Shown here: one piece after another, positions 25,054 to 35,202 of the stretch
Position numbering within the stretch: position 1 is the first letter of the stretch
How the letters are laid out: each line of letters begins with the position of its first letter
Virus record (IMG/VR): IMGVR_UViG_3300049141_000006
Location: 1 to 41,744 of that record
Origin: a virus
Lineage: Duplodnaviria > Caudoviricetes
Reading direction: 5' to 3' (one strand)
DNA length: 41,744 bases
Made by a program: the position numbers and the translations under genes
Notes under the pieces: model-generated
What the model saw: only the letters and a program-made list of their open reading frames with translations
Told to the model about the DNA's origin: nothing
The model's database searches: none

Positions 25054-26045
25054 TAGCTATTCGCCGGGGACTTCGAAAGCTGCGCGTTCACGTACAGCGC
25101 CGAAATCGTGCCCCCGCCGTCCGCGCCCAGTTCGAGCCCGCCCGTAGTCGTGTACGCAAGCCGCGCCGCATTCACGCCGGAAGCCGAACTGTACGACTGC
25201 CCCACCACCGTGTAGACGTGCGCCGTCGGACGCGAGATCGAAGACGGCACCGACCCGATAGACGACACGAGCCCGTTCGGCGTGAAGCCAGGGGAGAAGT
25301 CGACACGGCCGGACAACTCCCACGCCGCCGACGACTCACGCACCCACAACTCGCCCGACGTCGTGACGTTCGTCGAGCCGACCGTGAAGTTCAGCAGCGA
25401 CACGGCAACCCACGGTCCCCAATCCGTCGTGTACCAAGACTGATTCGCGCGCCGCACCCAACGCTGATTAGTGCCGTAGTCGTACAGCGTGAAGCCGGTC
25501 GGGAAGCCCGCGGCAGACGGCAGGACTCCCGCCCAGTCGACAGCGGCGAAGCCGTCGCACAGTGCAGCCTGGTCGGCGTAATGGCCCGTCGTGCGCACAG
25601 CCGTCAGCGTCCACGTGGCCGACGACTTCGGGACGTCGAGCACAAGCAGCGCAACGGCGTTGTCAGGCCGGGCCGGAACCGTGGGAGCCGCCGCAGGGGT
25701 GCCCTCAATCAACTCGATCGAAAGACCATTCATGCCCTCAACAGCCGTCGTCGTGAGCCGGGCAATGATCAGATCCTTACGCGGGTTCAGGTTCGAAGCC
25801 GCCGGAACGTTCAGCGTCACGCCGCTCGCCCACGCCCACGTAGCGCCGCCGGTCACGGAGCCGACAAGCACGCTTCCCGCAGCGACAGCGACAGTGCGCG
25901 CCACCGTGTCCGACGTGCCGCGGAACTCCTCTGTCGTCCGGAACATGTGCCGGAACGTGCCGCGCGCCTGAAGGAGTGCCTGCCACGTGGAAAGCTCCGA
26001 CGCGCCGTACCCCACACCATCCTGGAACCACGCCAGAGACGCCAT
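25053..26045 (-). CDS. Minor tail protein
   Basis: NPRKDLIIARL...GTPAAAPTVP motif common in actinophage tail proteins. Confidence 0.75.
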   Translation of the reverse strand: MASLAWFQDGVGYGASELSTWQALLQARGTFRHMFRTTEEFRGTSDTVARTVAVAAGSVLVGSVTGGATWAWASGVTLNVPAASNLNPRKDLIIARLTTTAVEGMNGLSIELIEGTPAAAPTVPARPDNAVALLVLDVPKSSATWTLTAVRTTGHYADQAALCDGFAAVDWAGVLPSAAGFPTGFTLYDYGTNQRWVRRANQSWYTTDWGPWVAVSLLNFTVGSTNVTTSGELWVRESSAAWELSGRVDFSPGFTPNGLVSSIGSVPSSISRPTAHVYTVVGQSYSSASGVNAARLAYTTTGGLELGADGGGTISALYVNAQLSKSPANS

Positions 26046-26046
26046 A

Positions 26047-26913
26047 TCAAACCCACCTATCCGACCATGTAAGAGTTGCCGTCGCTGACGTGTACTCGTC
26101 CCTACTGCGGAGCCGAAGTCGATGCTCGCCCGGCCCGAACTCCGGCCACGTCGAGCCGACGCCGATACGGCCGCTCATGTCAGTGCCCGCAGCGTTCGTG
26201 ACCGTCTGCGCCGCTGAGTCCACAATCAGCGTGCCGTCGTAGTCGACGCTGAAGAACAGTCCCGTGACGTCGTCAATAAGGACAGGAGAAGCCGCATTCT
26301 CGATAACGATGAACGGCTGAGCGGCGAAAGAGCCGTACTGCGTGAAGCGCGTAACCGGGTCGACCGGCTGAGCGCCCTGAGTGGCAATCGTCCACGGGAC
26401 CGTAGCGGGCGGCACAAAGCCCGTCGGCGTGACCGTGCGCCGGTAGCTCCGCGCCGTGATCGTGCGGGGCGAGTCGGCATAGATGTACGGCTGAGTCGCG
26501 AAAAGCTCGATCACCATGTTGCACGTGCGGTAGGCGAAGTTCAGATCCAGCGGAGCACTACGCCGCCGCACGCGGGCATTCACGTACGCCGTACGGTCGC
26601 CCCCTACGCCCGGGAACAGGAACCTGAAGGGGCGCTCGTCCCGACCCGGCATGAAAGCCGCCTGAAGGGCATTCAGCGCCGCTGTGAACTCCTCGCGCGT
26701 CCGGCCGTAGATCTCCAGCGTCAGCGTGACCGTACGGCCGCTCAGGTAATCCTTCCCGGGCCACAGCCCATCCCGCTGTACAAGAGCAAGGTCAGATGAC
26801 CTCACATCCGGAAGCGACAGAAGGCCGTCCGCGGCAACGATCGAAATGGCGGAGTCGGGCAGGCCCATAACGAGCCCGCCGAACTCACACGTCCAGTCAC
26901 TCAACTCCGCCAC
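26047..26913 (-). CDS. Distal tail (Dit)-like protein
   Basis: Follows the tape measure; DGLWPGKDYLSGRTVTL, FATQPYIY. Confidence 0.75.
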   Translation of the reverse strand: MAELSDWTCEFGGLVMGLPDSAISIVAADGLLSLPDVRSSDLALVQRDGLWPGKDYLSGRTVTLTLEIYGRTREEFTAALNALQAAFMPGRDERPFRFLFPGVGGDRTAYVNARVRRRSAPLDLNFAYRTCNMVIELFATQPYIYADSPRTITARSYRRTVTPTGFVPPATVPWTIATQGAQPVDPVTRFTQYGSFAAQPFIVIENAASPVLIDDVTGLFFSVDYDGTLIVDSAAQTVTNAAGTDMSGRIGVGSTWPEFGPGEHRLRLRSRDEYTSATATLTWSDRWV

Positions 26914-26931
26914 TTCGACACCCCTTCCAGC

Positions 26932-26947
26932 CTGCTCACGTGAGTAG
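26932..26947. promoter_or_regulatory. Palindromic operator (CIR-like)
   Basis: CTGCTCACGTGAGTAG, intergenic. Confidence 0.78.
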
Positions 26948-26956
26948 GTTGAGTCG

Positions 26957-29140
26957 TCACGTCGTCCTCAGCGCCCACGCCACTTCGCGGCCGATCTGCC
27001 ACGGGTCGGCGTTCGTCTGGACGTTCACCGTTACGCCGCTGCCGCCGCTCAGGGCATGGTTCGGCCGAACAGTCGAGCCCCGGGGAAGGAACACTTCCTC
27101 AGGGCCACGCTCACCCACGCGGGTCCAGCCGGAAGCCGGGCCACCCATGGCGCGAATCTTCGGAATCGGATTCGCCGGGATATCAATGGTGAGCTTGCCC
27201 CAACCCAGCTTGTTGGGAATGGCGTAGTTCAGCAGGTCGATAACGCCGTTGATGGCGCCCTTCGCCGCCGACGTCACAGCACTCGCAAGCGACGACGCAA
27301 AGCCGCCCAGCTTGGAAAGCCCGGACTTAATTCCGTCGATGACCTTGCCGCCGATCGTGCGCCCCGCACTGACGAGCTTCACGGCCGCAGCGACGAGCTT
27401 GTTCGGCAGGCTCCGAACGAAGTCGACGACGGCGCCCAGTGCGTTAGACGCGAAGTTCCGCACGCTGTTGAACGTCGACTTCGTTGCCGACCAAATCTTG
27501 TCCCAGTGCTTGATGATGATTCCCGCGCCGGGGAAGTTCGAGAACAGGTCACGGAGCCATCCGAAGATCTTCTGAATCCACGCCCACAGCCACCCGAACA
27601 CCTTCTGTGTGTACTTCCACACCGTGTCCCAGTTGGCAACGATGACAGCGACGAGCCCCACAACGGCGGCAATCAGAAGCCCGATCGGCCCCATGGCGAT
27701 AAGCCACGCCGCAGCCATACGCGCCGCCTGAATCGTCGCCTGAGCGCCCATGGCAATCCACCCGCCGACGACCGTAGCGGCACTCACGACAGCCGTTGCC
27801 GCCGACTTGATCCACCCGCCGACCACAGACCAATGCGCGAGCACCTGAGTGGCCGCTGAAGTCGTCGACGTGGAAGCCGTAGTGACCCATGCCGTGACGT
27901 TCGCTATCGCCGTCTGAGTGGCCGTTACGCCCCAGGCAACCAGCGCCGGAAGGAGAAGCGTCGTGATGAGCCCGGCGATCGTGCCGAATATCGTGCTGTG
28001 CTCAGAGACGAAACCCGCGGCAGTGGAGAATGCGCGCCCAACCGTGTCCAGCTTTCCGGCAAGCGCCTGCACAGCGGGAATGACGGTTGAGCCGAGGAAG
28101 TCAGTGAAGCCGGACTTTAGTGCCCGGGTGAATTGCTTCACGTTCGTGGCGGCATTGTCGTGCATGGTGTCGCCCGCCTTCTTAGCGGCGCCGTCCACCT
28201 TCCCCAGCGACTCGACAGCCTTCGACGGATCAAGGCTTAGAAGGGCATCCTGCATGTCCTCAGCGGTTGTGCCGAAGAGCTTCACAGCGATCGCTGAACG
28301 GTCGGCCGGGTCCTTCACCTTCCGGAGCCCGTCAAGCGTCTGATCAAGCGCCTTCGCTGCCGCCGGGCCACCCTCGGCAATGGCCTTCGTCATGTCCTTG
28401 CCGGACAGACCCATTTCCTTGTACGCGGCGTTCACGTCGTCGCCCCCGGCGCGAACGACAATGCCGAACTCCTTCAGCGAGTCGGCCACAAGGTCGGCGT
28501 CACGAGCGCCCCCCTTAAGACCCTGCGACAGCAGGCCCATGGCTTGCTTGCCGTCGAGCCCCAGCCCCTTGAACTGCACGCCGTACTCATTGAACGTGTC
28601 GAGCAGATCTTCCGCCTTGTTCGCACCTTCCTGCGTTCCGCGAACAATGATGTCGAAGGCTTCGTCTGCATTCTTCGCTAGGCCGGTCTTCATCATTTGG
28701 CCGACGGCGTTCGCGGTAGGCCCGACTTCATCGCCCAGGACCGACGAGACATCCATAGCCTTCTTCGAAATGTTCGCCATTTCGTCGGCCGTCGCTCCGG
28801 CCGGAACAAGCCCTTGCTGCCACAGTGCTTTTAGCGCTTCGTTCGCGTCGGCCACAGACTCGCCATAACCGGCGGCATAGACCGACCCGGCCGCTTCGCC
28901 CAGGGTCTTTGCCTCAGCGGGAGACGCGCCCAACTGAGCGGCAAGCAGGTCGTTGCCTACTTCCTTCTCCAGCGCAGACGCAATGCCCGCGCCGATACCC
29001 AGGGCGATGGCACCACCCGCGGCAAGGGCAAGCCCCTTCGCCGTCTCGCCGAACGCGCTGACTTCCTCTGACGCTTCGTCGAGCGTCTGTGAGAGCTGTT
29101 CGGCGTCGCCCATGATCGTGACCTGAATCGGCCTGGACAT
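26957..29140 (-). CDS. Tail tape measure protein
   Basis: 727 aa Ala/Gly-rich; DLLDTFNEY, ADSLKEF, Trp periodicity, VGERGPE. Confidence 0.92.
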   Translation of the reverse strand: MSRPIQVTIMGDAEQLSQTLDEASEEVSAFGETAKGLALAAGGAIALGIGAGIASALEKEVGNDLLAAQLGASPAEAKTLGEAAGSVYAAGYGESVADANEALKALWQQGLVPAGATADEMANISKKAMDVSSVLGDEVGPTANAVGQMMKTGLAKNADEAFDIIVRGTQEGANKAEDLLDTFNEYGVQFKGLGLDGKQAMGLLSQGLKGGARDADLVADSLKEFGIVVRAGGDDVNAAYKEMGLSGKDMTKAIAEGGPAAAKALDQTLDGLRKVKDPADRSAIAVKLFGTTAEDMQDALLSLDPSKAVESLGKVDGAAKKAGDTMHDNAATNVKQFTRALKSGFTDFLGSTVIPAVQALAGKLDTVGRAFSTAAGFVSEHSTIFGTIAGLITTLLLPALVAWGVTATQTAIANVTAWVTTASTSTTSAATQVLAHWSVVGGWIKSAATAVVSAATVVGGWIAMGAQATIQAARMAAAWLIAMGPIGLLIAAVVGLVAVIVANWDTVWKYTQKVFGWLWAWIQKIFGWLRDLFSNFPGAGIIIKHWDKIWSATKSTFNSVRNFASNALGAVVDFVRSLPNKLVAAAVKLVSAGRTIGGKVIDGIKSGLSKLGGFASSLASAVTSAAKGAINGVIDLLNYAIPNKLGWGKLTIDIPANPIPKIRAMGGPASGWTRVGERGPEEVFLPRGSTVRPNHALSGGSGVTVNVQTNADPWQIGREVAWALRTT

Positions 29141-29149
29141 GGCGCCCCC

Positions 29150-29353
29150 TTACGTCATTACCGGCGTGCGCCGTTCCCCACCCTGGGCGCTGCCGCCCCT
29201 GCCACGCGAAGACCGGCGGGCTTCCCGCTTCTCCGCCTCAATGTCCTCAGCCATCCGTTCAACCAGCGCGTTAAAGTCGCGTAGCTCCATCGCGCGCACG
29301 TCCGACCATGTGAGCCCCTTGAAATGGCCGATCAGACGCGCGCACGCAATCAC
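29150..29353 (-). CDS. Tail assembly chaperone, downstream (T-like) ORF
   Basis: -1 frame relative to the upstream chaperone; precedes the tape measure. Confidence 0.6.
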   Translation of the reverse strand: MIACARLIGHFKGLTWSDVRAMELRDFNALVERMAEDIEAEKREARRSSRGRGGSAQGGERRTPVMT

Positions 29354-29631
29354 GCGCTGGCTTCGGTAGGGTCCTGCTTTGCCTTGCCCTTCAGGTTCAG
29401 CTTCAGCCGCCCGACGTCCTCAGGCGTGATCTCCGGGTATTTGCGCTTCATGACGACGTACGCCATGGCGCGAAGCATCGGAGCACGCCGCGAACCCGGC
29501 TTGTTCAGCGTGTCCAGCGGGGCGCCCGTGATCTCCTCGATAGCGTCGATCTCGTCGATCGTGAGGGAGTCGAGCTTCAGGTCAAGCGTGAGGTTTTCCG
29601 GCAGCACGAACTCAGGCTTCTTCGCGGGCAT
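29350..29631 (-). CDS. Tail assembly chaperone (G-like)
   Basis: Position; GGAG RBS before MPAKKPEF. Confidence 0.7.
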   Translation of the reverse strand: MPAKKPEFVLPENLTLDLKLDSLTIDEIDAIEEITGAPLDTLNKPGSRRAPMLRAMAYVVMKRKYPEITPEDVGRLKLNLKGKAKQDPTEASA

Positions 29632-29632
29632 A

Positions 29633-30064
29633 TCAACTCTCCAGATACTTCGCGACGACGGCGCGCACACGGCGCTCGTACGTCTCGGCTACGTCAGTGG
29701 ACTTCCGCGCCATGGCCCGGAACAGGAACCTGTTCGGCTTGATGTTGCGGCGCGGGAAACCGAAGTGAATTGCGGCGGCGTACGGCACACGTGCCGCGGA
29801 GCCAGCCTTGATAACGGCGCCCTTCGCGGAAGCCGTGACCTTAATGGACTTGTCGAGCTTGCCCGGCCGGTACCGCTTGTTCGACTTCGCGTCACGGTGA
29901 CCGTCTGGGCTTTCGTGCTTCGCCTGAGGGACAAGGACTTCGCCGGATGCCTTATTGGCTTCACGGACGGCCTTGTTCAATTCCTTGTCCCTCAGGGTGC
30001 GAACGTTCCGCTGAAACTCCCGAAGCCCATCAACCCGGATCGTGTAGGCGGAACGCTGAGCCAT
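29633..30064 (-). CDS. HK97 gp10-like tail/neck protein
   Basis: IRVDGLREF, GKLDKSI, PYAAAIHFG, PNRFL. Confidence 0.75.
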   Translation of the reverse strand: MAQRSAYTIRVDGLREFQRNVRTLRDKELNKAVREANKASGEVLVPQAKHESPDGHRDAKSNKRYRPGKLDKSIKVTASAKGAVIKAGSAARVPYAAAIHFGFPRRNIKPNRFLFRAMARKSTDVAETYERRVRAVVAKYLES

Positions 30065-31041
30065 TAACCCTCAGTGCCCGGCTCGACGTACGTTGCCTTG
30101 ATCGCTGCCGTACCGGTACCGGGGTCCAGCACACGGAACGGCAAGTTGTGAGTCGTGACTTCGTCCGTGGCAGCCTCAGGAGACTCGCCCGTGAATTGAA
30201 TCGCCGGGCACTCGATCGTCAGCGAGGAAGCCGCCGTGATGCCGGAGAATGTGATCTTCAGCGAGCACACTTCCCCGGCAATGAACGCGTCGTACAGCCC
30301 CAGCGAAGCGGCGCTGAACTCGCCCTCAAGCGTGCCTTCGTACGTGGGCACGGCGTTTCTCACCGGCTTCTTCTTCAGCTCGTTCGCGCGGAGGAAGCGC
30401 CGGTCGGTCTTCATACCCAGCTCGCCGGTCAGCTCCAATGAAGTCGCATCGAAGGCGACCACGCTGCCGCCACGCCGCAACTCCACAGCGGTGCGCGTCC
30501 AGTCGTACGGGTACGCCTCCGCCGGGTACGTGGGCGCCACGATCTGAGCCGGGTTCGTCGTGTGCGTGACGTCCTGGAAGTCGAAGGTAACCGTCAGCTT
30601 GACGGCTTCCTCAACTTCGGCCGACAGACTCCACTCAGTGGCGACACAGCCGAGATGCTTGTACGCCGCCTTCGTGCCGTCGGTCCCAGGGCGAACCATC
30701 TGCGCAGAGAAGGACGGCGCGTCAGACACGTCCGAAGTCTCAAGGACGGTCGTCTTCACGCCGCCCGTATCGGTAACGGTGACCTTGTCGAAGGCCGCGC
30801 TCAGAAGGGACCCGGCGCCGGAGTCGAGAAGGTCGATCTCAAGCTCACCTTCCCCGCCCATGTTGACGATGTTCCGCCGGTCAGCGCGCGCCGTCTGCAT
30901 ACCGGCCCGGAAGCCGACAGACTCAATGAACTCACGCGTCGTCTTCCACGAGTCCGCCTGCCCCTCGTAACCTTCTACGACGGCGGACAGAGTGCCGTAC
31001 GTGTCCTCACGGCCGATGCCAATGCTTGCGTCCAGTGCCAT
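30064..31041 (-). CDS. Major tail tube protein
   Basis: IGIGREDTYGT N-terminus, ~325 aa, position. Confidence 0.8.
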   Translation of the reverse strand: MALDASIGIGREDTYGTLSAVVEGYEGQADSWKTTREFIESVGFRAGMQTARADRRNIVNMGGEGELEIDLLDSGAGSLLSAAFDKVTVTDTGGVKTTVLETSDVSDAPSFSAQMVRPGTDGTKAAYKHLGCVATEWSLSAEVEEAVKLTVTFDFQDVTHTTNPAQIVAPTYPAEAYPYDWTRTAVELRRGGSVVAFDATSLELTGELGMKTDRRFLRANELKKKPVRNAVPTYEGTLEGEFSAASLGLYDAFIAGEVCSLKITFSGITAASSLTIECPAIQFTGESPEAATDEVTTHNLPFRVLDPGTGTAAIKATYVEPGTEG

Positions 31042-31097
31042 AAGTCGCCCCAATGATCGTCACAGATTCGCGCTCTGACGGGGGCGCGAACTCCCCG

Positions 31098-31535
31098 CTA
31101 TTGGTAGACCCGGCCACGAACGCGCACACGCACTGTCAGCGCGCTGTACGCCCCATCGGTCGTCTCAGTGGACTCAACGCTTGCCGACTCCGGCCGGACG
31201 TCGAGCAGGCCCGGTACCGCGGCAAGGTCGCCGTTCAGCGCCGCACACGCTGCCTTCACAGACTCGCGAATCTCGTACACGGCGCGCTCAGCGTCGATCG
31301 GATTGCCGGGCGTGATGACGACGGCGTGCGCTTCCACGTAGCCGGTTACGTTCGTCGGCTTCGCTCCGGCGCGCATAGCCACGGGGGCAAGGTCGTCGTC
31401 CGTCGTCGCCCCCAGCCACACGGACTTTCGGCGGCCCGTGTCGCCCGTCTCAGCGAAGGTGCACTGAACGCCGCCGGGCACGGATGCCTTCAGCTTCTCG
31501 AACAGTGCAACCTTCGCATCGAAGATCAGTGCCAC
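31098..31535 (-). CDS. Head-tail completion / tail terminator-like protein
   Basis: Position between adaptor and major tail. Confidence 0.6.
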   Translation of the reverse strand: MALIFDAKVALFEKLKASVPGGVQCTFAETGDTGRRKSVWLGATTDDDLAPVAMRAGAKPTNVTGYVEAHAVVITPGNPIDAERAVYEIRESVKAACAALNGDLAAVPGLLDVRPESASVESTETTDGAYSALTVRVRVRGRVYQ

Positions 31536-31545
31536 GCTGCGCCCC

Positions 31546-31914
31546 TCACATGAAAATGAACGGAAGGCGCACGCGGTAAAGGTTCAGCTTCGCGTTCACC
31601 TCAGGCAGCGACGTCGGACGCCAATTGCCCCCGGCTTGCGCCAACTGGATAGAACCGAATTCCGACTGAAGCTGAAGCGCCCTATCAGGAATGCGCGATA
31701 CATGGTCGAGCACGTATTGCCGCGCGAGAGTGCGCACGCACCACCGGATGGTTTCCGGCGTGGGATTCTCCGCCGTGTCCCACTTCTGCCCGCAGTAGAT
31801 CTCGACCGTCTCGACAGCGAAGTCAATGCCTTCCGAAAGAAGCTCGTCCGGGAAAAGCGACGCGTCGTCAAGCCCGTCCAGTGCGCGAAGCTCGTCGATT
31901 GTTGCGTAGGCCAC
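31546..31914 (-). CDS. Head-tail adaptor protein
   Basis: MAYATIDELR N-terminus, directly after the capsid gene. Confidence 0.75.
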   Translation of the reverse strand: MAYATIDELRALDGLDDASLFPDELLSEGIDFAVETVEIYCGQKWDTAENPTPETIRWCVRTLARQYVLDHVSRIPDRALQLQSEFGSIQLAQAGGNWRPTSLPEVNAKLNLYRVRLPFIFM

Positions 31915-31946
31915 GCGTGCCCCCTTCCGAAGCGGGGCGCCCCAAC

Positions 31947-31962
31947 CTGCTCACGTGAGTAG
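31947..31962. promoter_or_regulatory. Palindromic operator within hairpin 31932-31977
   Basis: CTGCTCACGTGAGTAG flanked by GCGGGGCG/CGCCCCGC after the capsid gene. Confidence 0.78.
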
Positions 31963-31988
31963 GCTGAAACGCCCCGCCGCTACATGGC

Positions 31989-33161
31989 TCAGGCGCCGAC
32001 CGTCAGAACCTTCGCGCCGCGAGCGTCGACCAGAAGGCCGTCCGCACGCTGAAGGAAGCGATAGACGATCTGGTCGGTGCTGAACTTCGCATCGACGGAA
32101 CGGTCAACGCGCAGCGAACCGGCGAAGCGCACCCGGTACTTGCTCAGGTCAGCGAACAGGATCTTGTCCGCGGGCATGCCGTCGTCCGACTCGACCGGCT
32201 TGCCGTTGAACGTGTCCGGGGCGCCGACCGTCAGCGCGGACTGCCACAGGTACTGCCCGTCGGAGCCCTTCAGCTTTCTCATCTGCGCCGCACGCGCGTC
32301 GTTGACGACGTACTTCGCGTTGGCCCGGTACGCCGAAGGGACCTCGTAGAAGAGATCGATCAGCGCGTCAGACACCGTGTTGTCCTCAGCCGTGGCGCCG
32401 AACGTGGCCGTAGCCGCAGACGCGTCGGTCAGGATGCCGCGAGGCTGGCCCGTGCCGGTACCCGTGATGAAGTGGCGGCCCATGGCGTCACCGATGGCAG
32501 GACCGGCGTCGCCGACCAGGAAGCCGACAAGGTCGAGAACCTGGTCCGTGGCGAACTCGTACGAGACGACGGAGGCGAAGCCGTACTTGAATCCGCCCAT
32601 GCTGCGCTGAGTCGTCGAAGGGTAGGACTCCGGCACCTCAGCCGTCTCGCTGACGATGGACGCCGAAGAGCGACCCGTGACGACCGTGAAGTCGAGCGGG
32701 TTCGCGTCAGACGTCGTGAACGTGGTAGCGCCGCCCCGCATGATCGCCGAACGCTCGACGGCCTGCGCGAGAAGCTGACCGTACAGCGTCCGACTCAGGA
32801 CGTTGGGGTTACCGGCCTTCGTGCCGTTCCGCTTCTCCGGGGCGAACTCGAACGAACGAGCTTCGCCCAGGTTGCCCGCCCGAAGGATCGCGTCGTCGTC
32901 CGCGTCGGCCGAACGCTGGGCGCCGGAGCCGGAACCCTGAAGGCCGGACAGGAGGGAGGTGACGGCGTCGGTGGCCTTGATTGCCTCGATGCCGCGCTTG
33001 ATCCGGCCGTCGAAGTCGGCGACAGCGGTGAGAAGACGCTCTTCCTTCTCGCGCGCCTCAGCCGACATCTCCTTACCGGCGAACTCGTCCGTGAGGGAAC
33101 GAAGCTCCGCAGTGGCCTTCTCGCGCGCCTCAAAGTTCGCGCTCAGCGTGGTCGCATCCAT
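31989..33161 (-). CDS. Major capsid protein, HK97 fold with N-terminal delta domain
   Basis: Coiled-coil N-terminus, GTGTGQPRGIL, LKGSDGQYLW, FADLSKY, QRADG. Confidence 0.93.
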   Translation of the reverse strand: MDATTLSANFEAREKATAELRSLTDEFAGKEMSAEAREKEERLLTAVADFDGRIKRGIEAIKATDAVTSLLSGLQGSGSGAQRSADADDDAILRAGNLGEARSFEFAPEKRNGTKAGNPNVLSRTLYGQLLAQAVERSAIMRGGATTFTTSDANPLDFTVVTGRSSASIVSETAEVPESYPSTTQRSMGGFKYGFASVVSYEFATDQVLDLVGFLVGDAGPAIGDAMGRHFITGTGTGQPRGILTDASAATATFGATAEDNTVSDALIDLFYEVPSAYRANAKYVVNDARAAQMRKLKGSDGQYLWQSALTVGAPDTFNGKPVESDDGMPADKILFADLSKYRVRFAGSLRVDRSVDAKFSTDQIVYRFLQRADGLLVDARGAKVLTVGA

Positions 33162-33172
33162 GTGCGTCCCCC

Positions 33173-33811
33173 TTACTTGAAAAGCGCGCGGACAAGGGCA
33201 CGCGCGTCGGGATGAGAAGCCGGGGCGGAATCGCTCACCGACTGGGAATCGCGCTCTTCGGCCGGGGGCGCGAACTCCCCGATGTGCAGCGCTTCCTCAA
33301 TGGAGCGAAGCGAAGCCTGAGTTGTGAGGTACGCCGGGTTCGTAACCGGGCCCAGCTCCCGCACATCCATGGCCGTGATCTCGCGGACAGGCAGGCCCGT
33401 TTCCGGGTCGTCGTCGTCCGCACGCCGCTGCCCGCCGTCGAGCACGCGGAAGGTGAACGAGCTACCGCGAAGGTCGCCGCGCTTCAGAAGCTCCGCGACA
33501 TCCCGGCCGGTCGTCGTGTCCGGAAGGTCAATCTCGTACCAACCGCCTTCGCGGTCCTCACCGACTCGCAGCGTGCCGGACGACGTGCGCCCCAGCAGTG
33601 CCGACGAGTCATGGTTGAACGTGGCGTACACGTCGTTCTGTCGCAGCGACGGAGCACCCGCCCCAGGAACAATGCGTTCCCGGAAGCCGCCGAGATCCTG
33701 ACTCAGTTCGTTGAACCGGTAGGCGTACCCGCGCATAGAAATGCGCCCGTCATCGGACGAGCGCTCTTCCAGTGCTCCGACGGCTACGCGTAGTTCACGC
33801 GCTTCCGTCAT
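33173..33811 (-). CDS. HK97-family prohead protease
   Basis: GYAYRFN, FNHD..LLGRT, GSSFTF, GPVTNPAY. Confidence 0.92.
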   Translation of the reverse strand: MTEARELRVAVGALEERSSDDGRISMRGYAYRFNELSQDLGGFRERIVPGAGAPSLRQNDVYATFNHDSSALLGRTSSGTLRVGEDREGGWYEIDLPDTTTGRDVAELLKRGDLRGSSFTFRVLDGGQRRADDDDPETGLPVREITAMDVRELGPVTNPAYLTTQASLRSIEEALHIGEFAPPAEERDSQSVSDSAPASHPDARALVRALFK

Positions 33812-35153
33812 CTTCAGTTGGCCCTTCGTCGTCCGGCTCTTTGTCCGGCTTCTCTTCCGGCTCTTCCGCCGGGTTGGGTGGCTCAATGGCTGGGGGAGCG
33901 GAGGGGGCTTCTTCCTTCGGCTCGTCACCGACGTCGCCCAGGTTCAGCGGCACCCGGTACTTCTCGCCGAGACCGTCGGGCAGGGGCGGCATGTCCTCCG
34001 CGGCGCGCACTTCGTCAATGCTGTAAATGCCGTTCTGAAGCCCCAGCGACCACAGCTCCATGCGTTCCTTCGGGGCGCCGCGCTTGATTTCGTCAAGGTT
34101 GAACTTGACGAACTTCATGCGGTCGGCCGTCTCGGCGAACAGAAGCCGATTGAAGCCAGCCTCAATCCGTTCGAGCCACGGGCGAAGGCTGAACATGCTG
34201 AACGCGATGTTCTGTTCGGCAAGCCCGGAGCCCCATGACGTGGAATTCGTCGCGTCGGAAATCAAGTGCGGAGGCACGCCAAAAATCCTCGCGATTTCCG
34301 GAACCTGAAACTGACGAGTTTCGAGAAACTGAGCTTCGTCCGGCGACATGGCGACCTTCGAGAACTTCGCGCCTTCGGTCAGCAGCGCGACACGGTGAGC
34401 GTTATCCACGCCCGCATTCGCCACACGCCACGCTTCCCGCGCACGAGCTAGGCCTTCGTCAGACATAGTGCCGGGCACTTCGACCACAGCGCCGGGCATA
34501 GCCCCGTTCGCGAAGAACTTGCTTCCGTACTTCTGCGCAGCGAGCGCAAGCCCGATGGACTCACGCGCGTACGTGATCGGCGAGCACCCGACGAACTCAC
34601 CCGGCAGCATCATTCCGGGAATGTGCAGCACATCCCGCGGCGTGAACCAGCCGAGAAGAACTTCGTTGCCGTCGTCGTCCACGTCGAACGCTTCGAAGAC
34701 CTTCCGGCGAAGACCGTCGACCATGACCATGTGTACATGGATCTTCGTCGGGTCGAGCACGTCGAGACCGGCGATGTTCGGCCCCTGCCATCGCACCGCG
34801 AGGAAGGCATTGCCTTGCAGCAGCAGCGACAGCACTAGCTGAGACAGGATGTCGATTCGCCCCATGCCGCCCGGCTCAGCGTTCGGGTAGTCGAGCCACT
34901 CAGGCGACGTGATCTCCCGGCGAGCACCGCCCCGCTTGCTGTACGTCGACAGCGGCAGCGTGGCAATCGTCTCGCTGAGCAGGCGGACCGACGCGAAGAC
35001 AGCCGAGACCTGAAGCGCTTGATGCGGCGTGACCCGCTCACCCGAAGCCGCCGTAGTGCCCAGCGCGTACAGCGTCGGGTCATACGGCTCCCACGCGCGC
35101 TCGTCCAGCGCCGGAGATGTTCCCCGCCCGAAGAGTGCAGACCAAAAACCCAC
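33795..35153 (-). CDS. HK97-family portal protein
   Basis: SAVFASVRLLSETIATLP, LLQGNAF, FFANGAMP, EIARIFGVPP. Confidence 0.95.
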   Translation of the reverse strand: MGFWSALFGRGTSPALDERAWEPYDPTLYALGTTAASGERVTPHQALQVSAVFASVRLLSETIATLPLSTYSKRGGARREITSPEWLDYPNAEPGGMGRIDILSQLVLSLLLQGNAFLAVRWQGPNIAGLDVLDPTKIHVHMVMVDGLRRKVFEAFDVDDDGNEVLLGWFTPRDVLHIPGMMLPGEFVGCSPITYARESIGLALAAQKYGSKFFANGAMPGAVVEVPGTMSDEGLARAREAWRVANAGVDNAHRVALLTEGAKFSKVAMSPDEAQFLETRQFQVPEIARIFGVPPHLISDATNSTSWGSGLAEQNIAFSMFSLRPWLERIEAGFNRLLFAETADRMKFVKFNLDEIKRGAPKERMELWSLGLQNGIYSIDEVRAAEDMPPLPDGLGEKYRVPLNLGDVGDEPKEEAPSAPPAIEPPNPAEEPEEKPDKEPDDEGPTEDDGSA

Positions 35154-35180
35154 AGTGCCCCCTTCGGGAAATGGCTCAGC

Positions 35181-35196
35181 TCACTCACGTGAGTAG
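35181..35196. promoter_or_regulatory. Palindromic operator (CIR-like)
   Basis: TCACTCACGTGAGTAG between terL and portal. Confidence 0.75.
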
Positions 35197-35202
35197 GCTG
35201 GA

